DNA from: Nemertoderma westbladi
Lineage: Eukaryota; Animalia; Xenacoelomorpha
Assembly: GCA_032718475.1 (NCBI GenBank)
Contig: JAUCBJ010008397.1
Location: 1 to 50,816, forward strand
DNA length: 50,816 bases
Direction of reading: 5' to 3'
Part shown: positions 37,527 through 49,069 of the stretch, piece after piece
Numbering within the stretch: the stretch's first letter is position 1
How the letters are laid out: every line of letters starts with the position of its first letter
Program-made: the position numbers and the translations under genes
The notes under the pieces: model-generated
What the model was told of the DNA's origin: nothing
Databases searched by the model: none
What the model saw: the letters and a program-made list of their open reading frames with translations, nothing else

Positions 37527-40170
37527 CTTTCAGAAGTCTTACCGTAGTGAATGGATAGCTTATTATCAACCAACCACTCATTACTGGATTCTAGAACTGC
37601 ACTTAACTTTTGGGAAATCCACGAAGTTAAGGAAAATCAACTACTTTCGCTAAGAAAGATTTTCCTTAGCTGAGATGGTCTATTCATAGTGGGCTATTTT
37701 ACTTGTGTGAGGCAGATTTGGTTTTTTTTGACCGGTGAAAAAACTAGCCTTTAAAAGTACCCTGAAATTTTGCATGTATATACTACTCATCAAGGCGCGT
37801 CGTGTGGGATGGGTCTAATATCCAGGAAAAATCTGGTTTCCATGGCAACGGACTTAGAAAAAAGTCTATGTATTTCAAGTCAATATTTATAACTCTATTT
37901 GTAGGAAAACTATAATAGATATAAACTTGGGGTTTCTCAACTCAACTATAAGGTCCATAGCAGAGCCGATTGAGGTTCAATAGAAAATCCAGTTGCCTTG
38001 GCAACCGGGCTAAATGGATGTTAAAATTTATAAAATGTTAATTTGAAGCATAAGGTTAATGTGTGATGACTTGGGACCAACCCCTACCCCCACTATATGA
38101 CTTATTCTGCGTCCGAATTTCATTGTTTAATTTTGCAGTTACCATGACAACCGCTGAAAACAGATGTTTTTATACAAAAATAACTCATTTGGACATAGAC
38201 TTCATGATAAAATTTTACGAAACTGAATATGTGTTATCTGGACCACTAGTTGGAACTTTTAGTGAAACTCAAAACATTCCAGAAATATCTTGTTACCATG
38301 GTAACTGGAGTTTATTAAAGTCTATATCATTCAAGTCTAAATTCAATACTCTATTTGTAGCAAAATAATGTAATAAATATAAATTTGGGGTTTTGCAACA
38401 TCATCTGTAAGGTCCATATACAATCCATTCGAGGTTAATTACACAATCCAATTACCATAGCAACAAGACTAAACAGATGTTAAAATTTCTAAAATGATAA
38501 TTTGAAACACAAGTTAATAGTATTATGACTTGGGACCAAGACCTACCCCCATTATATGACTTATTCTGCATCCGAATTACATTGTTCTATTTTTCAGTTT
38601 CCATGACAACCACTGCAAACAGATGCATTATGATAGAAAATCGGTAATTTGGACATAAACTATGTACAATATTTTCTGAAACTTGGTATGTGTTATCTGA
38701 ACCACAATCTGGACTGAATCTTTTTTCAAAGGTAAAACCAACAGTTCCAGAGAATTCTAGTTTCCATGGGAATAGAAGTTATTTATTGGCAAATGCTACT
38801 AAACTAGGCTAAGCAACAAACCAAATTGTGGCCCTTTGTTTAATTTTCCTTAGCTTCGTGGTTGCATTTCCTTTAGGAAATGCCTTTCTAGTATGGATAG
38901 GATCTTTATGGGAGAAAATAAGCGCACTGTCGTCGGCATATAAAATGAGTTTAAAATCGGGATCTATACAACTTATCATATCATTTACATAGCATACAAA
39001 AAGCAGAGGACCTAATATACTACCTTGCGGTACACCACAGGTAATCTCTTGTACAGTAGACTGCGATTTGCTAATGACTACAGTTTGACCTCTGTCTGAC
39101 AGGTACGACTTGAACCAGTCTATAGAACCTACACCCATCAGGCCTAACTTACCAAGCAGAATTTCGTGATCTACAGTATCGAAAGCCTTTTGTAGGTCCA
39201 ACATTACCATACCGGTATATAAACCCTTTGTGTTATTACATCTAATTGTACCAGTTAAGTTAATAAGGCAGGTGTCTGTAGAATATGATTTACGAAAACC
39301 GGACTGAAGTTCATAGATCAGATTTAGCCTACTAAGATGTGCTTCCAGCTGTAGAAAAACAGAACGTTCTAGAATTTTAGATACAATACTTAAGATACTA
39401 ACAGGTCTGTAATTACAGGGTTCTACTTTACACAGACTTTCTACTTTTTATACAGAGGAACAACCTTAGCTAATTTCAGTTCGTCTGGTACTACATTATC
39501 TACGATAAAGTAATTAATTATAAAAGTAATAGGCACTTTAAGTACTTCAGCACCATCCTTAAGAAAACGGGCAGGTATTAGGTCTAGAGCGGTACTTTTT
39601 GAGACTGATAGGCTAAGTAGATTTTGAAAAACGAAATCCTCAGAAATGGGTTTTAAAAATAACTTTTCTGAATTTTGTAACTTTTCTAAATAAAAATTAT
39701 TTAGAGTTTCGGACCCTATACTATATTTATTACTTGATAACGGTCACTTCTTAACTAAATTAGAGGCAAAGTATGATCATGAATCAGCTCACCGTTATCT
39801 TGCAGAACAATATTCGATTTAGATTTAAGGTTTTTATAACCTAAAGATTTTAGGGTAGACCATAGACTTTTGATTATCTTTATTCTCACTTATTTTGTTG
39901 TACAAATATTCAGATTTAGCTTTTTTTATTTCCCGTTGGACAAGGTTTCTATATTTGCAGTAATTATTATAATCAGCTAAAACACGGTATTTCCTAAATT
40001 TATATTTATATTTATATTTATATTATTATTTTTTTTATTTTTTTATTTTTAGTTATCTCTTCCTCTGATATTACTAAGAATACCCGAGCTCATCCAGGGC
40101 TCAGTGCGTTGTTTAAGACTAATTTATTTAATTGGTACTACAGTATTAAGTGCCTTATGATTCTAATTTT
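37527..40170 (-). pseudogene. Degenerate second LINE (CR1/L2 group) RT, split by H21
   Basis: [25 protein letters not shown] and YADD motifs. The frame rejoins across H21: SHKDPIH|ISQKLSAVLESSNEWLVDNKLSIHYGKT (37527-37617). Upstream KQRTEPWMSSGILSNIR lies near 40100. Confidence 0.85.
37618..38891 (+). mobile_element. Helitron-like copy H21, intact, 1274 bp, inserted in the second LINE
   Basis: GGGAAA|TC...CTAG|TATGG, a clean A|T insertion with no TSD. Confidence 0.9.
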
Positions 40171-40487
40171 GTTTGCAAGTAATATTCCAAGATTTCAGTC
40201 TTTTTTACTTTTAAATGCATTAAATATAACGATTTTAACAAAAATAGTTATAGTATTGGAATTATGTCACATATTTGGTAGGAAACTATGTATAGGGATA
40301 TAGGTTGTTTCAAAAAAATTATTAGATTTTTTACAATGATTACTCAAAAAACATTAAAACCCTTAACCTTTTATATTAAACCATGTAAATAATTTGCAAC
40401 GAAGTACTGTAGCTGTGAAAGTATGCTTGAAAAAAAACAAGAGTCAAGTGCTTGAAATGGATCGGAAAAAAAATGACATATATACAT

Positions 40488-41800
40488 TAGGGTGTATCAT
40501 AAAACCATATTTTTCAAAACAATTGTTATGGGTACCTAAAATATATTGCAGGACCTGGAATTGAACATAAATCAACAAGAATTACTTCAAGTAGTGCTTG
40601 CCTTTGCTTGCTTGCCACTGCTCAACCGAAAAATTTTATTTATCGATAGAATTGAAATAAGAAAAAAACATGAGAGCATTTGATAGTAATTTATTACCAA
40701 CAAACATAATTATTACAATTCACATAATCACAAAATCAGACAATTTGTGATGTCTCTGTTGAATTAGAAAAACCTACTAAGAAATCTTAATATGTCTCAG
40801 CACATTAGATTTTCCAATCGTTCTTCGAGCCAAAGGAAGGGACAAGGCCTCTCGACATCAACGTTGCTCTGATAAATCCATCCCGTCTCAATTCTCCGTA
40901 CATGGACTTTGATGCTTCTGTTACAAGTTTTACATGTCTTTCGACGGCTTGAGTATGACAAGGCCATGACTCAAAGTTGAATGATGTATTACCGTCCAGT
41001 GCTCCTTTGATCTCATCATCAGTATATTCTCGGGTAACTGGAGGTTCAAGTCTCAGAAAGTGACTCCAATCTAGCAAACCATAATACTCATTTGCATCGA
41101 GCTCTAACTGGGGTAAATGAAAAGTACGAACATCAGATTCAATAGATCTAGCCTCACTTCTGGCCACCATGATTTTCCTAACACCAAGATCTCTTACTGC
41201 TTGACTTTCATCTTTGAGCATAGCTAAGATAATATTTTCAGGATGAGCAAAATATCCGTTTCTCCGTATAACAGGATCTTTACCCGTTGGTCACATTTCC
41301 GAGAAAGCTGGATTAATAAGAAGAAATGCTTGGACCCATTCCATGATTCTGGATTTCTCTTCACATTAAACCAAACAGGAGCAAAACTTGCATTATGTAT
41401 TGAGCGATAGTTAAAAGTTCATCAGATGGATGTTTGTAGCAACATAGAGCCGTAGAATTCTGTTAGCTATTGTTAGCCATCTGGAGTGGCTGAGATTGCC
41501 AGGGAATTTAGAAGCCAATTCAGGACTTATAGATCCACTTTGTACAGCTAAACATATCTCATACAAGTATCGTTGATCTTTACTAATGTCGTCAAAATTT
41601 GAGAAATTAGACAAATTCCCCTGAATGATTGTAAACTTAGTAACTGGAAGAATCTCACATTTAGAAGTGGAGTGTAGTTTCGATCCGACTTAGGAGGATC
41701 AAATATAACAGAAGGATCAATTTCTTCATCTGCAGATACTTCAGAAGATCGATTTCTTTATCTATGCTGCAACATGGAGCTTCATCTTGTCGAAAAGTCT
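40488..41800 (-). mobile_element. hAT-like (probably hATm) DNA transposon remnant with C-terminal transposase fragments
   Basis: ISKDQRYL...GNLSHSRWLTIANRILRLY (41411-41614), NGYFAHPENII and WPCHTQAVERHVKLVTEAS...RDGFIR (40805-41221). Candidate terminus TAGGGTG at 40488. The subgroup call is from recalled motifs. Confidence 0.65.
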
Positions 41801-41802
41801 TT

Positions 41803-41926
41803 GCTTTTTTTATTTCCCGTTGGACAAGGTTTCAATATTTGCAGTAATTATTATAATCAGCTAAAACACGGTATTTCCTAAATTTATACAAATAGTCATC
41901 TCTTTCTCTGATATTACTAAGAATAC
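41803..41926 (-). repeat. Second fragment of the degenerate LINE, similar to 39919-40083
   Basis: Shared GCTTTTTTTATTTCCCGTTGGACAAGGTTTC...ATATTACTAAGAATAC; lacks the AT microsatellite present at ~40000-40050. Confidence 0.85.
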
Positions 41927-43853
41927 TACTAGGATCGGCATGCTGCATTGCAGCTGCATTTTTAAGAATGCTGTGCCGGCTTGTCAACAAAATTGCACCG
42001 CCACAACTCCCTATCACCCATGACATTTGCTAGATCATCCGCATCTTTAAGGCCAGTGTCCTTTAAGATGCGTCTCAAGAAAGTCATGGGCTGTCCACCA
42101 TGCTTATTCACTCCATGAGGCTGCCAAAGTACAAGATTATGCACTGGCTGGTCCTCACGGCGAAAGCAATGTCCTGCAAAGCGGAGGCGATTTTGTTCTA
42201 GTGTCAAGCTTGGGGGAACCAATGAGACACCTCCAATGTTATATAGTGTCTGGTTGGAGATGTGTGCATTGTACTTGACACAATGAACCCGGCGTAGCAT
42301 TCTTGTGAATGTGCCATCCAGAGATTTGGTGTCCTCAGCAGTTAGAGCCCAGCATGGACTCCGGTAGAGGAGTACTGGAACTACTGCTGCTCTAAATAAT
42401 CGGACCTTAAGTTTCCGATTAATTCAAGGTGACTTCCAAATCCTGGAAAGCCTATTCAAGGCTGCCCATGCCTTTCCCTTACGTATTCGAAGGTCCTCAC
42501 CTGACTTCCGGATCCATGATCCCAGGTAACAGAAGTCGTCCACATGCTCAAGCATACCATCCTTTGAGCTTATGCTAATCCGATCAGAGACTTGAGGGAC
42601 TTTCAAAGTTAACTGTGAGAATTTTGGTCTTTCTGGAGTTAATAAAAAGACCAACACTAGAAGCTGCATGTTCTAATGAGCTGAGGAGCCGTTGGGCTCC
42701 CTCTAATGATTCTGAGAGTACTCCTAAGTCATCAGCAAAGTCTAGATCAGTTAGGTACTTGGCAGGATTTCCTCGACTTCTGGAGCCAGTAGGTGGAGTT
42801 ATCATCACCCCCATCATCATTATGAGGATGTAAGGACATGCGTAGAACATAGTCAACCACAATAATGAACAAGAATGGTGCAAGTGTGTCTCCTTGGAGG
42901 ACGCCCCATAACACTTCAAATGGTTCTGTGTCACCGTCAACAGTAGACACAAATGTTGTCGAACCATCGTATACTGATCTGATAGCTGCAATAATTTCAT
43001 CAGGAATCCCATATAATGAAAGTATGCTGAACATACGTGACCGAGAGACTGAATCAAAGGCCTTGAAGAAGTCAACAAAGATAACAGCCAGATGCCTGTC
43101 TTTCTTTTTTGATAATTCTTCAATTATCCTTCGAAGTGCCAAAATGGGCTCCATGGTCCCACGACCTTTACGGAACCCATTCTGATTTCCAAGGAGCAGT
43201 CTCTCAATGGGATCTCTGATGCGATTTAATAGAATCCTATTGTATAGCTTTGCAGCAATCGAGATCAATGAGATTCCCCGAAAAGAACCATAGAGTGTTA
43301 GGTTGCCCTTCTTGGGAACTGGCACCAACTTATTTGTTTTCATTTCTTGTGGGACTCTTGTTGTTCGGTACATGTCTACTATGATGGGATAGATGAGCTT
43401 TAAACACTCAGGTATTTTAAAGACCTCAGGGGGAACACCATCTACTCCACTGGCACGATTGGTCTTAATGCTCTTTGCAGCAGCCTTCACTTCTGCAAAG
43501 GAGATATCGCCAATGGGAATATCTGGGAGTACAGACTCAGACACTTTTACTTCTATAAAGTTGTCAGGCAATACCCTGTCATTATTGAGGAGCTTTTCAA
43601 AGTGGGCTTTCCAACCATTGAGGCAATCGGCTGGTGATTCAGCCTTAACCTTGGTGGTTGGTTGGCTTTTCCGCCCAGTAAGCAGATTGATCGATTTCCA
43701 TGCCTGGGATGATTGCCTGCTGTCGTCAGCATCATTGATGGCATCAACCTGTTGGTTTATTAGCTCCTGTAGATTAACAGAGTACTGCCTGTTCAGGGAC
43801 CTAGATGCAGCCTTAACTGCATTCTTGGCCGCTGTAGTCTGTTTGAGTTAGTC
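41927..43853 (-). mobile_element. 5'-truncated RTE-clade non-LTR retrotransposon with frameshifted RT
   Basis: RGISLISIAAKLYNRILLNRI, NQNGFRKGR, FVDFFKAFDSV, GVLQGDTLAPFLF, DLDFADD, FCYLGSWI and RLRFAGHCFR across ORFs 42747-43571, 42584-43123, 42424-42669 and 41962-42300; short 3' UTR ending in TAG repeats. Confidence 0.88.
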
Positions 43854-44431
43854 TATAACTGACTGGCGTGACTGCTGTGGATATGACTCAGACAACATGA
43901 CCCAGTCACGACAAAAGTGTGCACAGAAAAAACAATTACCAGCTGTGCAAAGCTGCAAACAATACCACCAACCACTGACTCCTTGTCAGAGAACGTGAAA
44001 AGGGCCCATTTGAAAGTAATGGTGTGGAAGAACACAATGCAGAACACAGTTAGACCACCTAGTGTAGATCCCAGAAAATATGGGTGGAGAATAGCTAACA
44101 ATCAACTTTCCCCGATTGCAATCCCTGAGGGCATACCACCAGCTCCGGAATGCATTTTGCAATTAATTCGGTGTACCTGTTCAGTTCATCCAAAATCCCA
44201 TGTAAAATCCAGAAAAAACCAACCCGATTTCACAGAATTTTGCAACTGCACTAAAGATTAATGCGCAAACTTTTCTTAATTTCATATTGTATTATAATCA
44301 AACAATTAATAATATAAAATGCATAGTCTCCATATTCGCCATGCATTAACTAAATTTTGTATATTTAGCATTAAAAATGTGTTATAAACAAGCGGGAGAC
44401 AAATTATTTATATATACATTTTAAGGTAATA
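43854..44431 (+). repeat. 578-bp direct repeat, copy 2, continuing into the Academ right arm
   Basis: Matches 3539-4116 and shows the Helitron-free site GGTAATA|AATTTC. Confidence 0.95.
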
Positions 44432-45110
44432 AATTTCTGTCAAGGTTTTAAATGCTTCAGATGCGATGTCCGCAATAAATTACTGTGGTTTCCATGAATA
44501 CGGGTATTTGTTGCTAACCATACTTCTACACAAAATTGATGTGGTGCATATTATTTAGGGAAACATATTATTAATAAAGTGCACAGACGAAACAAAAAAC
44601 ACATGAGTGTCAGTAGGCATAGTAGTTTTCATTTGGAAAGATAGAGCGATAGCTGTAGTGCCTTCGTTACCATAGCAACACTTCAATAGTTTCTCTAAAA
44701 TTTTCATATTTTCGATCAAAATTACAACCACTTCAAGCCTAACAGTTAATCGCCATTCTGATCGCTAAGCTTTCATAGAAATTACTGTAGTCCATAGAAA
44801 CGGGTCATTAATAAAAATTGCCCAAGGTGTCAAAGTCCATAAATTACTTTTTTATGTTAAGAGGGACCCCTAGACACCAAATCATCCAAAAAATGTAATC
44901 CGTTCAAAAATTTTCGGTTAGGCCAAAAAGAGGTACGTGGCTGCCGGACTAAACTTTGTACTTTAAATAAACATTATTTTTAGAAATGGAAACATTTAAT
45001 AATTATTTTATAACTATTTTGTTGTAACGCTCACATGTTGATAGTTGATAAGATTTTCATAAGTTGCATTCAATAAGTACGAGGGTCATCTATGAGCACA
45101 AATTATGATT

Positions 45111-45166
45111 GAGCAATTCTCTCACAAAATCGGTATTTGAGCAATTCTCTCACAAAATCGGTATTT
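45111..45166. repeat. 28-bp tandem duplication
   Basis: GAGCAATTCTCTCACAAAATCGGTATTT x2. Confidence 0.95.
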
Positions 45167-45344
45167 AAGACATTTTACCAAACTGCAATTAGTTTCCCCA
45201 CTTCACCCACCCCCCCCGTATTACTATGCACCACAACCCAAAATGTTTCACACGCAGATAATTGATGACATACTTACTTTATTTTGCGCAACAGAAAGTG
45301 TCAATTTCATTTTTCTCATATACCTTTCCGTAACCGTATTCCAG

Positions 45345-46060
45345 TAAATAATAAAAAAATAAATAAATAATGTATAATAACTACAAAATAAGAAGGCGAG
45401 GGGGGGGGGGGTGTAAGTTAGTCTCTAACGTTAGTCTGTTCCGTCGGGGGGGGGGGGGGGGGGAGAGAGGGGGGTACTAGGGTCCATGGGCCACCTCGTA
45501 GAGTCCCTCATTGTAAGTTAGTGATGGGTCCACAGTCCCCATAATGGAGGCCGCTTTGCCGACCAGGATGGCAACAGCCAGTCTCTGCAGGAGGAAGCGG
45601 TGAGATCGGAGCTGCACAGCTGAGGTCAATCCAAGACCCCCGCAACGTGCAGGCAAACTGCAGTGCAGGGATTGAGCCCACGCGGAGTCGTCCAGATGGG
45701 TGTTGGACATCTCCTGCAGGGTGCTCCGCTGGATGAATCATACACCTCCAGCAGCCCCAGGAGGTCGAAAAACGGAGCCGTTTGGAAGAAGTACGTTAGT
45801 CGCGGGATGGTGAGTGAGCAGGAGCACCGCAGGAGGAAGAAGGCGTGATGGGAGTCGAGGAGAGGTAGTCAGGAGGTCCGTAAGTTTATTATCGAGGCAG
45901 GATACGATGGCGTTGTCTCCTATTGGTGCGCCCATAAACATCCCTTGCAGACCTCGTAGAACCTACATAGGGTAGACAAACGGGACTCCAAAGATTCCTC
46001 CCCAAGAAAGAAGAGTTCCGACTTGGAGGGGTTGATCATGAGTCCACAACGACCTCCCTC
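45345..46060 (-). pseudogene. Internally deleted CRE-clade non-LTR retrotransposon remnant
   Basis: GLMINPSKSE, MGAPIG, AFFLLR...PRLTY, AWAQS..SLPARCGGLGLTSA, joined almost directly to C-terminal FLLQRLAVAILVGKAASIMGT; poly-C tracts and an AT-rich tail downstream. Confidence 0.7.
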
Positions 46061-46199
46061 GATAAATGTAAAAATGTATTCTATTATTAGGCCTACTGCC
46101 CTAACTACTACTCTATTTATATATATTCATTTAACTTCGTAAATAATTAATTTAATGTAAGCGTCGCGTTATCTAGAATTAAACGCAGAATAATAATGC

Positions 46200-46382
46200 T
46201 AGAAATTTTGGTGCTGCAATATAACCACCCCAGTACTTTTTTCGGTCGGATCTCGACTAGTGATACCTACGTACAAACAAAAAATCAGACGTTTTCGTGA
46301 AAATTTGTAGATTTTAGAGGGGGGGGGGGGGGGGGGGGGTCAATTTGTACAACATTTTATAGCCCGGTACTAATAGGGTTAA
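46200..46382. mobile_element. piggyBac-like transposon end (single terminus)
   Basis: ...CCCGGTACTAATAGGG|TTAA at 46363-46382 with a subterminal poly-G tract; no partner TIR found and the inner boundary is uncertain. Confidence 0.4.
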
Positions 46383-48186
46383 GAGATATGGAATTGAAGA
46401 ATGTTATCAAAGTGAAGGAATTCAAGAAATCACAAATGAGGGGGTTTTTATAACAGAATTAGAAGCTAAACGAAATGAACTTTAGAACTGGAAGTCATAT
46501 AATGTTTATGAAGAGATTAATCAGCGTGATATGAAAGCACCACCCATTTCTACTAAGTGGATTATTACAGATAAACTCGACAATGAAGGGAATCTTTACA
46601 AGAAAGCTAGACTAGTGCTTAGAGGGTTTGAAGATATAAATAAACATATTCCTGTAATAGAATATCCTACTGCTAATCGGGATGTTCTGAAACAATGCTG
46701 GCCATGAAACAATGTTAAGCCTCCAATGGAAGCTGAGACAACTAACTATTGGAAACTTCTGAAATGTGCCTATGGGATTGTAGATGCGCCAAGGATGTGG
46801 TTCAATCGACTTGATGAAATTATACTGAGTCTGGGTTTACAACGATCTAGATGTGATAGTGCATCATATTTTTACATCTATGAAGGTGTTATTGATGGTT
46901 TAATTCGTATTCATGTAGACGATTTGTTGTATGGAGGGACAAGCAAATTTCAGAATGTAATAGAGAACTTAAAACAAGTATTGGTGGTAGGGACTGATAA
47001 GAAATATAATTTTAACTTTACTGGATTACATATTGAGACAGTAGAACATATGGATCATTTTGATATTTATTATTCTCAACCAGGTTACTTGGATAACATT
47101 AAACCCAAAGTTTAACAAGAAGTTAGATGTAAAAGATTATGCCTACTCTTACGAACATGATTATAGATCCTTCTATTAATTATAGAAATTCTAGGTTCAC
47201 TTCAATGGTTGGGAAATTCTACTCGGCCAGATATACTTTATGGAGTATCGGCTTTACTTAGTTCTGTTATGTGCTTGTAAATCAGGCACATTAAAGCGGC
47301 AAATAAGTTGTTGAGCAAAGCAAAAGGCCTAGAGCCAGTTCAAATTCACTGTAAACCGATTAACTTAAATAACAGTATTACAGAAACTTTTGTTGATGGT
47401 GGATTTGCAAATCTAGAAGAGTCACGCTCCCAGCCTGGATTTATATGTTTTTTGGGAGATGGTATTCAAGATCAGGATGACACCAGAAATGTTCTATTGT
47501 GGCATTCAAATAGAATACAGCGGGTATGTCGTTCGACATTCGGAGCAGAACTATTAGCAGCAGGATCAACTGTTGATTATACTTTATTTGTTAAATCTAT
47601 ACTTGGTGAAACCGGTATTAAGGTGAAGTCTAATAAACTCTACACAGACAGCAAGGGACTATATGACAACTTAAATACTGTCATTAATGAACCCGCAGAG
47701 AAACGCTTGAAAATAGAACTCTCAGTAATTCGGCAAACAATGAAAACTAAAGGAATTCAACTTCACCTAATAGCCTCTAGAAATAATTTGGCTGAGATGT
47801 GCTCACTAAAGAGCGTCCCGGATTTGAACTGCTATCTTTACTTGAGAACTGAATGGAAAAAAAAGAAAGTAATTTTAGATCGAGTTATAGACTCAAGTTA
47901 GAAATTATATGGAACTAAAAGAAAAGAGAATATATCTAATGTGAGAGTATGGTGTGGGGTTTTAGGTGTACCGGTAGGTGCCTGTTGTTTTATTGTGTTA
48001 TGTCTGTATGTGTACTGCTGTACTAAAGTGTTGAAGTAGTCAAATATAAGTCTGACAGTTGATGTTCGTCGTGTTCGGTCGATGTTCGGTGATATTCGTA
48101 TATAGTTAAATAACTCTGGAAGCCCTGTGTTTTCTGAGTTGTAACACTGTGTACAAGTTGGGAATAGTAACCCCAATTGTCTCACA
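46383..48186 (+). mobile_element. Degenerate Ty1/Copia LTR retrotransposon (GalEa-like), RT-RNaseH and 3' LTR
   Basis: ISTKWIIT...KARLVLRGFED, KCAYGIVDAPRMW, HVDDLLYGG, TRPDI, FVDGGFANL, RVCRSTFGAE, YTDSKGLYD and EKRLKIE motifs; multiple stops and frameshifts. Confidence 0.85.
47940..48186 (+). repeat. Probable Copia 3' LTR, 247 bp
   Basis: TGTGAGA...TCTCACA inverted termini; purine tract AAAAGAAAAGAGAA at 47917-47930 just upstream. Confidence 0.6.
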
Positions 48187-48469
48187 CTTTCTCAAGTCAC
48201 TGGCACTGTCTCCTCGAAAGTTACAAGTATTTAACTGGTTCTGTAGGTAGTAACATGAAAAAACGCCGCTTATAGCCTAAAAACACACTCCCACGTATTA
48301 TAATCGTATGTAGTTAAATAACTGGAAACCCTTTGTTTTCTGAGTTGTAACACTGTGTACAAGTTGGGAATAGTAACCCCAATTGTCTCATACTTTCTCA
48401 AGTCACTGGCACTGTCTCCTCGAAAGTTACAAGTATTTAACTGGTTCTGTAGGTAGTAACTTGAAAAAA
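48096..48469. repeat. ~165-bp direct duplication spanning the LTR end and its flank
   Basis: 48096-48263 versus 48304-48469 with a few substitutions and indels. Confidence 0.9.
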
Positions 48470-48640
48470 AGTTGATCGAAGGCGGTAATGTTGACTTGTG
48501 ATGGACTTAACATTTTCTGCAATATCTCAAGAACTATTCGCTCTATGCCTGTTTTGATGGTGTCTACCCCCATTGCGGTTCTAATGAGCCTACTATTAAT
48601 GCCGTAGGAGAAATAAAAGTTGTCCATCACCAAAATTGAG
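48427..48640 (-). pseudogene. Possible Penelope-like RT fragment, heavily deleted
   Basis: VMDNFYFSYG....RTAMG resembles the Penelope N.F.F....Q..GTAMG motif; short and degenerate. Confidence 0.3.
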
Positions 48641-49069
48641 AATAAGAGTAACTTGCGCCAAAGAGTAGGTTCTGGTCATGTGCCTGTGGCACTACTTCCA
48701 TTGGTCCCAAAATCAAAATTTTGGTATCTAACTAAGTTTGGACCCATTTGATGACATTTGATGCATGCAGGAAGTTCTTTCAGGAGTCATTGATCTTTCA
48801 TCAATGTGTTATATTGTTATAAATTTCATTATGGTGCATGGCGATGGCTCAAAATTTCAACCCTCTTGGGATCCGTGAAGATTAGACGAAATTAAATAAA
48901 AAATATATGCCATATTTTTTTACCATTTGGCAACTTTTGTGCACCGGTAGAAAAACGAAATTGAAAAAAAGTAAAAAACGCACCACGCTATTGTACATAC
49001 AGTTAGTTGATTATGCCTTGCGACCTGTAGATGGCGCTAGGCTAGCATTTTTATATTTAGGTTTCTTGC

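Larger units (their letters stand above)
4117..38891. mobile_element. Nested cluster of a ~1.27-kb non-autonomous Helitron-like family
   Basis: 21 plus-strand 5' ends TCCACG(AAGCTAAGGAAAATC) at 4510, 5874, 7285, 8177, 11159, 12202, 13983, 15646, 17056, 18465, 19813, 23313, 24727, 25452, 26329, 28001, 32706, 34120, 34845, 36118, 37618. 17 plus-strand 3' ends (hairpin GCATTTCCT-TT-AGGAAATGC then CTAG or CTCG), each followed by T. No TSDs and no Rep/helicase ORF. Confidence 0.85.
1342..44951 (+). mobile_element. Academ-superfamily DNA transposon, degenerate; own sequence 1342-4116 and 43854-44951, interrupted by nested insertions
   Basis: 15-bp TIR TAGTCCGGCAGCCAC at 1342 and its reverse complement ending at 44951, with further subterminal similarity (ACCGAAAATTTTTG.ACGGATT). 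AAC flanks both ends (1339-1341, 44952-44954). TAG termini, a 3-bp TSD and the transposase motifs fit Academ. Confidence 0.8.

Noticed and set aside
4666-38368. Repeated short ORFs (MYILLGEAHLL..., MTWDQPLPP..., MKKDSVQIV...) as a small-protein family
   Set aside because: They arise from the repeat itself; stops and frameshifts vary freely between near-identical copies and no domain is recognisable.
4510-38891. Recurrent terminal motif with intervening sequence resembling a CRISPR array or integron cassette array
   Set aside because: Intervening segments are ~1.2-kb homologous element bodies, not unique spacers. There are no cas or integrase genes and the context is eukaryotic.
38809-38891. 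C-terminus of the 133-aa RT ORF ([16 protein letters not shown]...)
   Set aside because: Read-through into the Helitron 3' end; the real LINE frame resumes at 37617.
40200-40487. Possible subterminal region of another DNA transposon (similar impression at 48660-49040)
   Set aside because: No matching TIR pair, TSD or ORF could be found, so no call is supportable.
3539-44431. 578-bp direct repeats as LTRs of a giant element or as a giant TSD
   Set aside because: The repeat is Academ coding sequence with no TG...CA ends, PBS or PPT, and its inner boundaries coincide with Helitron and RTE junctions.
49024-49039. CTCF-like motif CCTGTAGATGGCGCTA
   Set aside because: Single match in probable transposon debris with no supporting context.
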